Below, one piece after another: positions 16,350 through 26,021 of a DNA stretch of 64,000 bases. The DNA comes from an uncultured Acidobacteriota bacterium. GTDB lineage: Bacteria; Acidobacteriota; Terriglobia; Terriglobales; Acidobacteriaceae. Below the pieces are notes generated by a model that was not told the origin of the DNA, did not search any database, and saw only the letters and a program-made list of their open reading frames with translations. The stretch lies in the NCBI GenBank assembly GCA_963758565.1, contig CAVWVX010000002.1, forward strand, positions 202,186 through 266,185, in the 5' to 3' direction. The position numbers and the translations under genes were made by a program. How positions within the stretch are numbered: position 1 is the first letter of the stretch; each line of letters begins with the position of its first letter.

Positions 16350-17345
16350 TTATCCGCCCGCCTTTACCTTCTTAACCTCCTCCGTCAGCGGCGGCACGAT
16401 ATCGAACAAATTTCCCACGATGGCGTAGTCTGCGATTTCGAAGATGGGGGCTTCGGAATCTTTATTGACGGCGATGATGGTGCGCGCGCCTTTCATGCCG
16501 ACGATGTGCTGAATCGCGCCGCTGATGCCGAGGGCGAGGTAGACCTTAGGCGCGACGGTCTGGCCGGAGGAGCCGATCTGGCGGTCCATGGGGAGCCATC
16601 CGTTGTCGCAGATGGGGCGCGAGGCCGCGAGGTCTGCACCGAGGGCGTCGGCGAGTTGCTGGGCGATCTCGATATTCTTTTGTTCTTTGATGCCGCGGCC
16701 GACGGCGACGATTACTTCGGCTTGGGTAAGGTCGACGGCCTGCTTGGCTTCCTTGAAAACTTCTTGTGGCTTGTTGCGGACGACGCCATCGGCGATTTCC
16801 GCATTAATGGTTTCAACGGGCGCGGCGGCGGTTCCGGCTTCCGCTTTATCTCCGCGGAACGCGCCGTTTTGGAAGGTGGCGAACCAGGGAGCGTCGCTGG
16901 CGAAGCTGACATCGGCGGCGAGCTTGCCTTGAAACATCTGACGGGTGAAGAGCAGTTTGCCGTTCTCGTGCTTGAAGCCGATGCAGTCGCTGATCACAGC
17001 GCGGCCCATGGAGGTGGCGAGTTTGGGGACGAAGTCGCGCACCTGATAAGTGTGGGGCATGAGGACGAGTTTCGGCTGCTTCGCGCTGATGAGTTGCTTG
17101 AGCGCGGCGGCGAAGGCGTCGGGAGTGTAGGGTTCGAGCTGGGGAGACTCGACGGCGTAGACCTTCGCGACTTTTTTCGTCGCGACCTCGGCAGCGAAAC
17201 CAGCGGGAGTGGCTCCGGCGACGGCGGCTTCGAGAGTCCATCCGGTGGCGGCGGCGATGGCCTGGCCGGCGGCGATGGTCTCCCATGAGACGCGGTTTAG
17301 TTTGCCTTCGCGTTGTTCGACGATTACTAAGATTGATTCGGACAT
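16350..17345 (-). CDS. etfA: Electron transfer flavoprotein subunit alpha
   Basis: 331 aa. The C-terminal FAD-binding region VGRGI...SRPICDNGWLPMDRQIGSSGQTVAPKVYLALGISGAIQH is diagnostic. Confidence 0.93.
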   Translation of the reverse strand: MSESILVIVEQREGKLNRVSWETIAAGQAIAAATGWTLEAAVAGATPAGFAAEVATKKVAKVYAVESPQLEPYTPDAFAAALKQLISAKQPKLVLMPHTYQVRDFVPKLATSMGRAVISDCIGFKHENGKLLFTRQMFQGKLAADVSFASDAPWFATFQNGAFRGDKAEAGTAAAPVETINAEIADGVVRNKPQEVFKEAKQAVDLTQAEVIVAVGRGIKEQKNIEIAQQLADALGADLAASRPICDNGWLPMDRQIGSSGQTVAPKVYLALGISGAIQHIVGMKGARTIIAVNKDSEAPIFEIADYAIVGNLFDIVPPLTEEVKKVKAGG

Positions 17346-17402
17346 AAAAAGCTTCTAGCTCCTAGCTTCTAGCTCATGAAACAAACCGACGAGACGCCGG
17401 CG

Positions 17403-18173
17403 CTACAGCACGCGCAATTCGTTGCGCAGTTTGTCCACCAGCTTTTTGGCGATTTCGGCTGGTGAGCCTTCGATGTGTTCGGTCTTTTTTGTTTTCTGCG
17501 GGACGTAGAGGCGTTCGATTTTTTGCAGGTTCTCGCCGACTGCCGATTGAACGTCTGCCATGGTCACTTTGCGGATGGGTTTATTTTTCGCCTGTTTGAT
17601 GCCGATCAGTGTGGCGTAGCGCAGCTTGTTGATTCCGGATTGAATGGTGAGTACTGCGGGCAGGGGCATGTCGACGAACTGAAAATATCCGGCTTCGAGT
17701 TCGCGCTTGACGCGGATGCCGGCGTCGTTCTTCTCGATCTGCATAATGATGGTGGCGTGCGGCCAGCCCATCAGTTCGGCAAGGATGACCCCGGTTTGCG
17801 CGTATCCATAGTCGTCAGACTGCAAGCCGGTGAAGATGAGATCGAACTGTTCGTCTTTGATGGCGGCGGCGAAGGCCTTGGCGGTATTGAGGGCGTCGAG
17901 ACCGACGAAGGCATTGTCTTCCAGATGAATGGCGCGGTCCGCGCCCTTGGCCAGGGCTTCTCGCAGAACTTGTTGCGCTCGCGCCGGGCCCGAGGTGATG
18001 ACCACCACTTCGCCTTTATGTTTTTCGCGTTGGCGAAGCGCTTCTTCCAGGGCGAAGGCGTCGGGTTCGTTCACTTCGTAGGAAACGTCTTCGCGGATCC
18101 ACGCGGCGGTTTCGTTCAGTTTGAGCGGTGCATCTTTTTGCGGCACCTGCTTCATGCAAACCAGGATTTTCAA
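17403..18173 (-). CDS. etfB: Electron transfer flavoprotein subunit beta
   Basis: Conserved KILVCMKQVP N-terminus. I prefer the TTG at 18173 (GAGGAG 6 nt upstream) over the track start at 18197, which is also TTG. Confidence 0.9.
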   Translation of the reverse strand: MKILVCMKQVPQKDAPLKLNETAAWIREDVSYEVNEPDAFALEEALRQREKHKGEVVVITSGPARAQQVLREALAKGADRAIHLEDNAFVGLDALNTAKAFAAAIKDEQFDLIFTGLQSDDYGYAQTGVILAELMGWPHATIIMQIEKNDAGIRVKRELEAGYFQFVDMPLPAVLTIQSGINKLRYATLIGIKQAKNKPIRKVTMADVQSAVGENLQKIERLYVPQKTKKTEHIEGSPAEIAKKLVDKLRNELRVL

Positions 18174-18329
18174 AACGTCACTCCTCGGCAAAGGCAATAA
18201 TTAGGGAGAGCCAAACCGGTAAGTATAAATGAGTTTCAATCCTGGGGGCGATATCAGTCTTTGAGCAAGGGGCCTTGCGGGTACGAATAGCGCTTGTCGG
18301 CCAATACCCTCCGGCCCCCGAGCCTAACC

Positions 18330-18722
18330 CTAGTGTTTGCTGGATTCGATGGGTTGCACGAAAACCCAAACGCTTCGGTTGCGGTCGCTATAGAACAAAG
18401 TGACAGTCACGTCGATGGGATTACGTTTAAAAGAGAAATGGTAACGGAATTTGCAATGGAGTTTACCGGCTGCGACTCCCTCGCGGAAGCGGCCGTAGAA
18501 TTCCTGAACGTCAGTGCAGGGAGCAACCTGCTTGAAGAAATTCTTGCCGAGGACGGTTTCGCGGTTCAGGCCGGCCAGGTTCGCTTCATACGAGTTGTAT
18601 TTGAGAATGGTGCCGTGGGCATCGAGTTCAATGACTCCCTGGGGAAGTGCATCTAACTCCGCTTGCGACATGGAATCGATGGTCTGAAAAAGTTGCGGCG
18701 TAGCGAGGGCGGCAGCTTGCAT
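18330..18722 (-). CDS. pyp: Photoactive yellow protein (PYP) homologue, PAS-fold photoreceptor
   Basis: 130 aa, colinear with Halorhodospira halophila PYP as I recall it. GKNFFKQVAPCTDVQEFYGRFREGVAAGKL aligns with [30 protein letters not shown]. Tyr42, Glu46 and Cys69 fall at identical numbering. Thr50 and Arg52 are replaced by Ala and Leu. Confidence 0.85.
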   Translation of the reverse strand: MQAAALATPQLFQTIDSMSQAELDALPQGVIELDAHGTILKYNSYEANLAGLNRETVLGKNFFKQVAPCTDVQEFYGRFREGVAAGKLHCKFRYHFSFKRNPIDVTVTLFYSDRNRSVWVFVQPIESSKH

Positions 18723-18897
18723 GAATCGTCTCCTAAAGCGATTGATGTTAAATAAATAAAACCGTTCACGATCATCCGCATTTCGAGAGCGGGCCGCAAG
18801 AGGAGCGGCAGGGGCTGGGCAAACTTCCGTAATCGTAGAATTTATTTTTTATGCTTAAGAGAAAAATTGGCGGAAAATTTTGAATAAGCAGCAACAG

Positions 18898-19173
18898 CTA
18901 GTCGGTGAAGACGACGGATTGCAGGCCGGATATTTCGAAGCGCTTGCGGCAGCGCATGTTCTTGCAGGCCATCTGGTCGTCTTTGCGCAGCATATAGGAG
19001 CGGGCTTTGGCGAAGCGGGCGCGGTCGCGGTCGTCGGCGCGTCCAGCCAGTTGACGCTTCTTGGTGCGCACCACCCAAGTGACCTCATACTCGCCAGCTT
19101 GATGGCAGTGCGGACAGTTCAGGGTCGCGGGTTTCTTTTGCGTGCTCTCGTCGAAAAAATCGCGTTCTTCCAT
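18898..19173 (-). CDS. Small zinc-ribbon-like hypothetical protein
   Basis: 91 aa with CPHC..(41 aa)..CKNMRC. Basic central region. No family recognised. Confidence 0.5.
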   Translation of the reverse strand: MEERDFFDESTQKKPATLNCPHCHQAGEYEVTWVVRTKKRQLAGRADDRDRARFAKARSYMLRKDDQMACKNMRCRKRFEISGLQSVVFTD

Positions 19174-19186
19174 GGGAGAAAAGTTG

Positions 19187-19214
19187 GTGTTGGTCGTCGG
19201 TCGTTAGTCGTTGG
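19187..19214. repeat. GTCGTYN heptamer array (same unit as at 11907-11941) in the 5' leader of the zinc-ribbon gene
   Basis: ggtgttg gtcgtcg gtcgtta gtcgttg, located 14-41 nt upstream of the ATG at 19173 (minus strand). Confidence 0.85.
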
Positions 19215-19327
19215 CCGGTTTAGTTGAGAAATTCAACCCGAGCCTTCAACCAAAACCGCGAAAGCGATTATTACATGTTCGATAGCGAACATGCTATGGC
19301 AAGATGTGGGAGCGGGGGAAACCAGGG

Positions 19328-19495
19328 ATGGCGCGCAAGAAAAAAGTGAAGCGGTTTCGGGCAGTGCAAGCGGTAAAAGAGTTGGCCCGCGAGCGTTTGG
19401 GCGCGCCTCCGGCGGAGAAGGTGGTTCCGCATAAGAACAAGGATGACGCCAAGCATAAAGCTACGTTGGCCAAACTTTTGAATGACGGTGAGTAG
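19328..19495 (+). CDS. Small basic hypothetical protein
   Basis: MARKKKVKRFRAVQAVKELARERLGAPP.. (55 aa counted from the ATG at 19328). No homology recognised. Coding status is uncertain. Confidence 0.3.
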   Translation: MARKKKVKRFRAVQAVKELARERLGAPPAEKVVPHKNKDDAKHKATLAKLLNDGE

Positions 19496-19506
19496 CGCGG
19501 GCAACG

Positions 19507-20124
19507 TTACTGGAAAGTGGCCATCACTGACCGGTTGGTGGTGAGCGCGAGGGTGCAGCCCGTCGCCGTGCTGGTATCACACCCAACCCAGGTCACCGTG
19601 GTTGCGCCGGTACCGATGCTGGCACTCAGCGTGACAGTCGAATCCAACGCAAAGAGCGCAGAACAACTACCCGGGCAAGTGATTCCGCTGGGCGAACTGC
19701 TTACCGTTCCATTGCCGGTGACTCCCACGGTTAAGGCCGCCTGATTGCAAGCGGAGGTGCCAATCCCTGACCCTGTAAGAAAAGCGGATCCGGTTATGTA
19801 ATTCGGAGGAGCGTTCAAACTCGCCGTCAAGTTTCCGCTGCCGCAAATGCTGGTGGAGGTCACCAGACCTGAACTGGTGACAGTCGCCAGGTTCTGCGAA
19901 TCAATTGCCCATTGCACCTGGCTGCTGATGTCTTTGGTTTCGGGTGGGTGGATGTACGTGCCAACGGCCGTGAACTGTATTTGCGCGCCCACTCCTTCGA
20001 AGGTCGCACCGGGGGGACTGACCTTAATCGAAACCAGATGCTGGTTATAGCCGCAGCTGGACACAGTCATCAAAAACGACGCAACGGTGATAAGGGCAAC
20101 AACGCTGAACCACTTCCAGCTCAT
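19507..20124 (-). CDS. Lipoprotein with bacterial Ig-like (Big_2-type) domain
   Basis: Signal peptide plus lipobox (..FLMTVSSC). VSIKVSPPGATFEGVGAQIQFTAVGTY resembles Big_2. The remainder is Ser/Thr/Gly-rich. Confidence 0.6.
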   Translation of the reverse strand: MSWKWFSVVALITVASFLMTVSSCGYNQHLVSIKVSPPGATFEGVGAQIQFTAVGTYIHPPETKDISSQVQWAIDSQNLATVTSSGLVTSTSICGSGNLTASLNAPPNYITGSAFLTGSGIGTSACNQAALTVGVTGNGTVSSSPSGITCPGSCSALFALDSTVTLSASIGTGATTVTWVGCDTSTATGCTLALTTNRSVMATFQ

Positions 20125-20238
20125 CGACGGCTCCTGGGATTAAAACGGCCCGGCTGAGGGCTGAATCGGGGATGGGCCAATTTAGTCAAAAGCGGCGAAA
20201 AAAGCAAACGCAATAACCACGAGGATAGCAGGGAAGTG

Positions 20239-21291
20239 CTAGGCCAGTTCTACGGCCTCCGCCACTACCGCCACAAACTCGCGGATATCGTCTTCCGTGG
20301 TATCGAAGGAGCACATCCAGCGCACGATGGATTCTTCTTCGATCCAGGTATAAAAAAAGTATTGCGACTTGATTTTTTCCACGGCGTGCCGGGGAATTTG
20401 CGCGAAGACGCCATTGGCTTCGACTTTCCAGACAATCCGGATCTGGGGAATTTTTCTGAGTTCGCGCTCGAGCAGCAAGGCCATGCGGTTGGCGTGGCCG
20501 GCGCTGCGCTTCCAAAGATCGTTGGTGAGCAGGGCCTCAAACTGGGCGGCGGTGAAGCGCATCTTCGAAGCTAACTGCATCGACTGCTTGCGAAGATAGA
20601 GAAAATCTTCGCTCTGTTCGGGATGGAAGAAAACGATGGCTTCGCCACCGAGGATTCCATTCTTAGTGCCGCCGAAGGAGAGCACGTCCACGCCGAGATC
20701 GCGGGTGGACTGGCGCAGGGTCTGGCCGAGCGAGGCGGCGGCATTGGCCAGGCGGGCACCATCCATATGCAGGAACATATTGTGCTGGTGGGCGAAGGTG
20801 GCGAGAGCTTTCACTTCATCTGGTTGGTATATGGTGCCCATCTCGGTGGACTGCGTAATTGAAATCACGCGGGGCTGGGCGTGATGTTCGTCGCCAATGC
20901 CGTGATAGGCATGGCGGACGGAGTCCAGCGTAATCTTGCCGTCCTGATGGGGAAGCGGAATGAGTTTGCATCCGGTGTGCTTTTCGGGAGCGCCGCATTC
21001 GTCGGTGTAGATATGAGCGAAGTCGCTGCACAGCACCGAGTGGAAGGAGCGGGTGAGGGCCTGCAGGCTGAGGACGTTCGCGCCCGTGCCGTTGAAGGTG
21101 AAAAAGACTGCGATGCCGGGACCGAAGTGCTCTTCGAACTTCTTCACCGCCGAGCGGGTATAGGGGTCATCGCCGTAAGCGACTACGTGGCCTTGGTTTA
21201 CGCGCGCGAAGGCAGCGAGTATTTCAGGGTGAACGCCGGCATTGTTGTCGCTGGCAAAGCCGCGACGAGGCTGGTCGGGCAGGGATGGCAT
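20239..21291 (-). CDS. ltaE: Low-specificity L-threonine aldolase (PLP-dependent beta-eliminating lyase family)
   Basis: Motifs FASDNNAGVHPEIL, YGDDPYT, and GGTKNG (PLP lysine). Start set at the ATG at 21291; the track ORF extends to 21339. Confidence 0.8.
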   Translation of the reverse strand: MPSLPDQPRRGFASDNNAGVHPEILAAFARVNQGHVVAYGDDPYTRSAVKKFEEHFGPGIAVFFTFNGTGANVLSLQALTRSFHSVLCSDFAHIYTDECGAPEKHTGCKLIPLPHQDGKITLDSVRHAYHGIGDEHHAQPRVISITQSTEMGTIYQPDEVKALATFAHQHNMFLHMDGARLANAAASLGQTLRQSTRDLGVDVLSFGGTKNGILGGEAIVFFHPEQSEDFLYLRKQSMQLASKMRFTAAQFEALLTNDLWKRSAGHANRMALLLERELRKIPQIRIVWKVEANGVFAQIPRHAVEKIKSQYFFYTWIEEESIVRWMCSFDTTEDDIREFVAVVAEAVELA

Positions 21292-21633
21292 ATCGCTTAA
21301 TCTAGCAGACCGGGGGGTTGCGAGCCCGACTTGGGGCAAGTTTGAGGATCGGCCTCAGAAAAAGGCGGACCTATTCAAAAAAATTGTTAAACTCGGTCTT
21401 TTTTGCCGACTCTGGTTCGTCTAAGGGAGGAAGTCCCAAGTCCGGCGAACGCTTAGAGGCCTGAATATGACATGCGCGCAATTTTTTTCACGGTGGGGAT
21501 GAAATCTACAGTTGCGGGGTTGTGAATCTTTTGGACTCTCGGTTCAATCAATAGTTAGAATGTTCGGGCGTGGGGCGTCCGGTTTTCACTGTCAGTAGCA
21601 TCCCCAGTTTATAGTTGTTGACCGGGAGAATGT

Positions 21634-22764
21634 ATGGCGAAAAGATTTTTTATTGTGATTTTGTTGATGGTCGTCTTGATTGGCGGGCTGGCCTTTGTGA
21701 AATACCGGCAGGTAGAAGCCGCCATCGCGATGGGTTCCAGTTTTCAAATGCCGGCCACGTCGGTGACGACGGTGGTCGCCAAACGGGAGACGTGGCCTTC
21801 CACGTTGTCGGTAATCGGAACGGCGGCGGCGGTTCAGGGCGTCACCGTGGGCGCAGATTTGCCGGGGGTGGTGGAGAAGATCCACTTTGAATCCGGGCAA
21901 ACGGTGCATGAAGGGGACGTTCTGGTGGAACTGGATATTCGCCAGGAAAAAGCGCAACTCGCCACTATTGAAGCGCAACGCGATCTGGCTCACGTTCAGT
22001 TTGGCCGTTCGGAGCAACTTTCGAAGGCCGGGGTGATCTCGAAGGCGGATTATGACAACGCGGCCTCGCAGCAGAAAACGACGGATGCGCAGGTCAGTGA
22101 GGTTAAGTCCACCATCGCGCGCAAAACGATTCATGCGCCCTTTACCGGGGTTCTGGGGCTTCGCCAGATCAGCGTTGGGCAATATCTGGCGGCGGGGCAG
22201 GCGATTGTCACGCTGGAGTCGCGCAATCCAATCTACGTGAATTTCGGCGTACCGCAGCAGGATACGCCGAAGATGAAGCTTGGCCGCAGCGTACGGGTGA
22301 GCAGCCAGGATCTTCCGGGCGTGAAGTTTAACGGGAAGATCACCGCGCTTGATTCCGTGATCAACGAGCAGACGCGCAACATCCAGATTCAAGCCACGCT
22401 GGAAAATCCGGGCGGGAAACTGCGTCCCGGAATGTACCTTGATGTGGAGTTGCCGCTGGGCGAGTCTCGCGATGTGATTCCTCTGCCCGCATCCGCCATC
22501 AACTACGCGCCATCGGGCGATTCCGTATTTGTGGTGAGCGACATGAAGGACGAAAAGACGGGTAAGAGTTACAAGGGTGTGCGCCAGCAGATCGTGAAGA
22601 TTGACGGCACCAAGGGCGATCAAGTCGCAATCGTTTCGGGCTTGAATCCTGGGGACGAGGTGGTGAGCGCGGGAGCTTTCCGCCTGCGCAATGCCGCGCC
22701 AGTGCAAGTGAACAACTCGGTGCAGCCGTCGAATAGTCCGAAGCCGAATCCGGAAGAGAGTTAA
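21634..22764 (+). CDS. RND efflux membrane-fusion (periplasmic adaptor) protein
   Basis: 376 aa. N-terminal TM, then lipoyl/hairpin/beta-barrel pattern (GDVLVELD.., coiled-coil QLATIEAQRDLA.., IHAPFTGVLG). GGGAGA RBS. Confidence 0.9.
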   Translation: MAKRFFIVILLMVVLIGGLAFVKYRQVEAAIAMGSSFQMPATSVTTVVAKRETWPSTLSVIGTAAAVQGVTVGADLPGVVEKIHFESGQTVHEGDVLVELDIRQEKAQLATIEAQRDLAHVQFGRSEQLSKAGVISKADYDNAASQQKTTDAQVSEVKSTIARKTIHAPFTGVLGLRQISVGQYLAAGQAIVTLESRNPIYVNFGVPQQDTPKMKLGRSVRVSSQDLPGVKFNGKITALDSVINEQTRNIQIQATLENPGGKLRPGMYLDVELPLGESRDVIPLPASAINYAPSGDSVFVVSDMKDEKTGKSYKGVRQQIVKIDGTKGDQVAIVSGLNPGDEVVSAGAFRLRNAAPVQVNNSVQPSNSPKPNPEES

Positions 22765-22770
22765 ACGGGC

Positions 22771-22820
22771 GAACAGCAGATTCCTCATTGGCAAGGAACG
22801 CCGGTTCGGAATGACAAAAG
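22771..22820. repeat. Solitary palindromic repeat module in the intercistronic spacer of the RND operon
   Basis: gaacagcagattcctcattggcaaggaacgccggttcggaatgacaaaag. This is the same module as at 9395-9443 and 9727-9777. Confidence 0.85.
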
Positions 22821-22864
22821 CCGGGCGAGGCCCTACTCCATGATTAAAGGTAGGAGATGCAGCA

Positions 22865-25800
22865 ATGAAGTTCACTGACTTATTTGTAAGGCGTCCGGTA
22901 TTGGCGATGGTGGTGAACCTCGTGATACTGATCGCGGGGCTGCAGGCGGTGCGTTCGTTGAGCGTACGCCAGTATCCGCGTAGCGATATTTCGGTGATCT
23001 CCGTGACCACGGTGTACGTGGGCGCCAACGCCGATCTGGTGCGTGGTTTTATCACGACGCCGCTGGAGAGGGTGATTGCGAGCGCGGACGGCATCGACTA
23101 CATGGAGTCGAACAGCGCGCAGAGCCTGAGCACGATTACCGTCCACCTGAAGCTGAACTACGACACCAACGCGGCCTTGACGCAGATTCAGGCGAAGGTG
23201 GCGCAGGTAAAGAACGATCTGCCGCCGGAGTCGCAGGTTCCGGTGATCGATTTGCAAACGGCGGATCAGCAGTTTGCCGCAATGTACATCGGGTTTGGAG
23301 CGAAGGACCTCGACGAGAACCAGATCACCGACTACCTGACGCGCGTAGTGCAGCCGAAGTTAAGCGCGGTGAGCGGGGTGCAGCGCGCCGATATCCTGGG
23401 CAATCGAACCTTCGCCATGCGCATCTGGCTGAAGCCGGATGAGATGGCGGCGCGTGGCGTTTCTCCCTCCGACGTGCGCGACGTGCTCTCCAAGAACAAT
23501 TATCTTTCTGCGCTCGGAAGCACCAAGGGCTCCATGGTTTCGGTGAACCTGGTGGCGAATACGGATCTGCGCACGCCCGATGATTTCAAGCAGATGGTGG
23601 TGAAACAGTCGAATGGTGTTGTGGTCCGGCTGGGCGAAATTTCGGATGTGCAACTGGGCGCGGAAAACTACGATCAGGACGTCCGCTTCAACGGTCAAAC
23701 CGCAACCTTCATGGGCATCTGGGTTTTGCCGACGGCCAACTCGCTGGATGTAATCAAGGAAGTGCGCCAGCAAATTCCGGCGATTCAGGCGCAGCTGCCC
23801 GCGGGTATGACCGTAGGCATTCCGTACGACTCCACGGCATACATTCAAGATGCCATCAACGAAGTGCTTCATACGCTGGTGGAGACGTTGCTGATCGTGA
23901 TCGTCGTGATCTTCCTCTTTCTGGGATCGTTCCGTTCAGTACTGATTCCAGTGGTGGCGATTCCGGTTTCTCTGATCGGCGCAGTTTTCCTGATGCTGGT
24001 AGCCGGCTTCACGATCAACCTGCTGACGCTGCTGGCGATCGTTCTCTCTGTGGGATTGGTGGTGGATGACGCCATCGTGATGGTGGAAAACGTGGAACGC
24101 CATTTGCAGATGGGCAAAACGCCGTTCCATGCGGCGCAGGATGCGGCCCGCGAGTTGGTGGGCCCGATTATTTCGATGACGATTACGCTGGCCGCCGTGT
24201 ACGCGCCGATCGGCATTCAAGGCGGACTGACGGGTTCGCTGTTTCGCGAATTCGCCTTCACCCTGGCGGGCGCGGTAACGGTTTCCGGCATCGTGGCGCT
24301 GACCTTATCGCCAATGATGGGTTCGAAGTTGTTGCGCGCTGGAGATGCCGAAAAGGGATTCGCGGGCATCGTGAACCGCCGCTTCGAGTGGGTACGCAGT
24401 TTGTACACCCGCACGCTGACCGGAACCTTGAAATACCGTCCGATTGTCCTGACGGTGTGGGTGTTGGTTGCGGTGCTGGCGGTTCCGTTCTACATGTTCT
24501 CGTCGCGGGAACTGGCGCCCCAGGAGGATCAGGGAGTAGTTTTCGGCGTCATCCAGGCTTCAGCGAACTCTACGCTCGATCAAACCAATTTGTTTGCCAA
24601 CCAGGTATACGACGTTTACCACTCGTTTCCGGAGAGCGACAGCTTGTTTCAAATCACCAGTCCTGGTGGGGGTTTCGGAGGCATGGTGGTGAAGCCCTGG
24701 AGCCAGCGTACCAAGACCACGCAACAATTACTGGTGGAGTCTTCGGCAAAGCTGTCGAAGATTGCCGGTGTGCGCGTGATTCCACTGACGCCGCCACCCC
24801 TGCCGGGCGGCGGTAATTTTCCGGTCGACTTCGTAATCATGTCGGCCGCCGAACCGCAGCAAGTGAGCCAACTCGCCGAAAAACTGGTGCAGAAGGCGAT
24901 GACCAGCGGCATGTTCATCTACGCTGACACGGACGTGAAGTTTGACCAGCCGCAGACGGAAGTGGTGTTTGATCGCGACAAGCTGCGCTCGCAGGGCGTG
25001 GATTTGAGCCAGGCCGGCCAGGATCTCTCCACCATGCTGGGGGGGAACTACGTCAACCGTTTCAGCATTCAGGGCCGCAGCTATAAGGTGATTCCGCAAG
25101 TACAGCGCTCGGAGCGCTTGACCGCCGACCAGCTTTCGCACATTTACGTGAAGGGCTCAGCCGACAAACTTGTCCCGCTCTCCACGTTTGCCACGTTGAA
25201 GACGACCACTGAGCCGCGTTCGCTGAATAAATTTCAGCAATTGAATGCAGTGCGAATTCAGGGTGTGATTCCTCCCAACGTGCCACTGGATAAGGCGCTC
25301 ACGTTCCTGGAAGATCAGGCCAAACAAATTTTGCCGCAGGGATTCACAGTGGATTACGCCGGTGAATCGCGGCAGCTGCGGGTGGAAGGCAGCAAGTTTC
25401 TGGGAACGTTTTTGCTCTCGGCCATCCTGATATACCTGGTGCTGGCGGCGCAATTCGAAAGTTTCCGCGATCCCTTTATCATTCTCGCCGGGTCGGTCCC
25501 CTTGGCGCTCTCTGGCGCACTGATGTTCTCCTTCCTCGGCTTCACCACGCTGAACATCTACAGTCAAGTGGGATTGATTACGCTGGTAGGACTGATCGCG
25601 AAGAACGGAATCCTGATTGTGGAGTTTGCCAACCACTTGCAGGAATCTGGCAAGAGTAAACTCGAAGCGATTATCGGCGCGGCCAATACCCGGCTGCGTC
25701 CCATTTTGATGACCACCGCAGCCACGGTTTTCGGACACTTCCCGCTGGTGTTGGCGCGAGGGCCGGGAGCAGGCGCCCGGAACAGCATCGGTATCATGCT

Positions 25801-25945
25801 GGTGAGCGGCATGATCATCGGCACCATCTTCACTTTGTTCGTGGTGCCTTCGATCTACATGCTGGTAGCCAAGACCCACACCGCGTTCAAGGAAGAAGCG
25901 GAAGAGAAAATTGATATGGGCGAACCGGTGGGTGCGGGAGTATAG
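22865..25945 (+). CDS. RND-family multidrug/efflux transporter permease (AcrB/MexB-like)
   Basis: 1026 aa with the typical N-terminus MKFTDLFVRRPVLAMVVNLVILIAG, 12-TM architecture, and VVDDAIVMVENVERH. Confidence 0.93.
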   Translation: MKFTDLFVRRPVLAMVVNLVILIAGLQAVRSLSVRQYPRSDISVISVTTVYVGANADLVRGFITTPLERVIASADGIDYMESNSAQSLSTITVHLKLNYDTNAALTQIQAKVAQVKNDLPPESQVPVIDLQTADQQFAAMYIGFGAKDLDENQITDYLTRVVQPKLSAVSGVQRADILGNRTFAMRIWLKPDEMAARGVSPSDVRDVLSKNNYLSALGSTKGSMVSVNLVANTDLRTPDDFKQMVVKQSNGVVVRLGEISDVQLGAENYDQDVRFNGQTATFMGIWVLPTANSLDVIKEVRQQIPAIQAQLPAGMTVGIPYDSTAYIQDAINEVLHTLVETLLIVIVVIFLFLGSFRSVLIPVVAIPVSLIGAVFLMLVAGFTINLLTLLAIVLSVGLVVDDAIVMVENVERHLQMGKTPFHAAQDAARELVGPIISMTITLAAVYAPIGIQGGLTGSLFREFAFTLAGAVTVSGIVALTLSPMMGSKLLRAGDAEKGFAGIVNRRFEWVRSLYTRTLTGTLKYRPIVLTVWVLVAVLAVPFYMFSSRELAPQEDQGVVFGVIQASANSTLDQTNLFANQVYDVYHSFPESDSLFQITSPGGGFGGMVVKPWSQRTKTTQQLLVESSAKLSKIAGVRVIPLTPPPLPGGGNFPVDFVIMSAAEPQQVSQLAEKLVQKAMTSGMFIYADTDVKFDQPQTEVVFDRDKLRSQGVDLSQAGQDLSTMLGGNYVNRFSIQGRSYKVIPQVQRSERLTADQLSHIYVKGSADKLVPLSTFATLKTTTEPRSLNKFQQLNAVRIQGVIPPNVPLDKALTFLEDQAKQILPQGFTVDYAGESRQLRVEGSKFLGTFLLSAILIYLVLAAQFESFRDPFIILAGSVPLALSGALMFSFLGFTTLNIYSQVGLITLVGLIAKNGILIVEFANHLQESGKSKLEAIIGAANTRLRPILMTTAATVFGHFPLVLARGPGAGARNSIGIMLVSGMIIGTIFTLFVVPSIYMLVAKTHTAFKEEAEEKIDMGEPVGAGV

Positions 25946-25983
25946 CTCGGGACCAGAACGATGCGAAGAACGGGGAAAATGAA

Positions 25984-26021
25984 GAGGCGCGGAAATCCTG
26001 ATTCCGGCGCCTCGGTTTTTT
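25984..26021 (+). terminator. Probable rho-independent terminator of the RND operon
   Basis: gaggcgcgg..ccggcgcctc imperfect stem followed by ggTTTTTT. It overlaps the 3' end of the convergent SET gene. Confidence 0.55.

Noticed and set aside
21592-23094. 500-aa ORF antisense to the RND adaptor gene
   Set aside because: Arg/His/Leu-rich low-complexity translation opposite a well-supported membrane-fusion protein gene. It also spans the intercistronic repeat, so it is a compositional artefact.
21634-25945. Missing outer-membrane factor as a sign of an unusual efflux system
   Set aside because: RND pairs frequently recruit an unlinked TolC-like OMF, so absence from the operon is ordinary.
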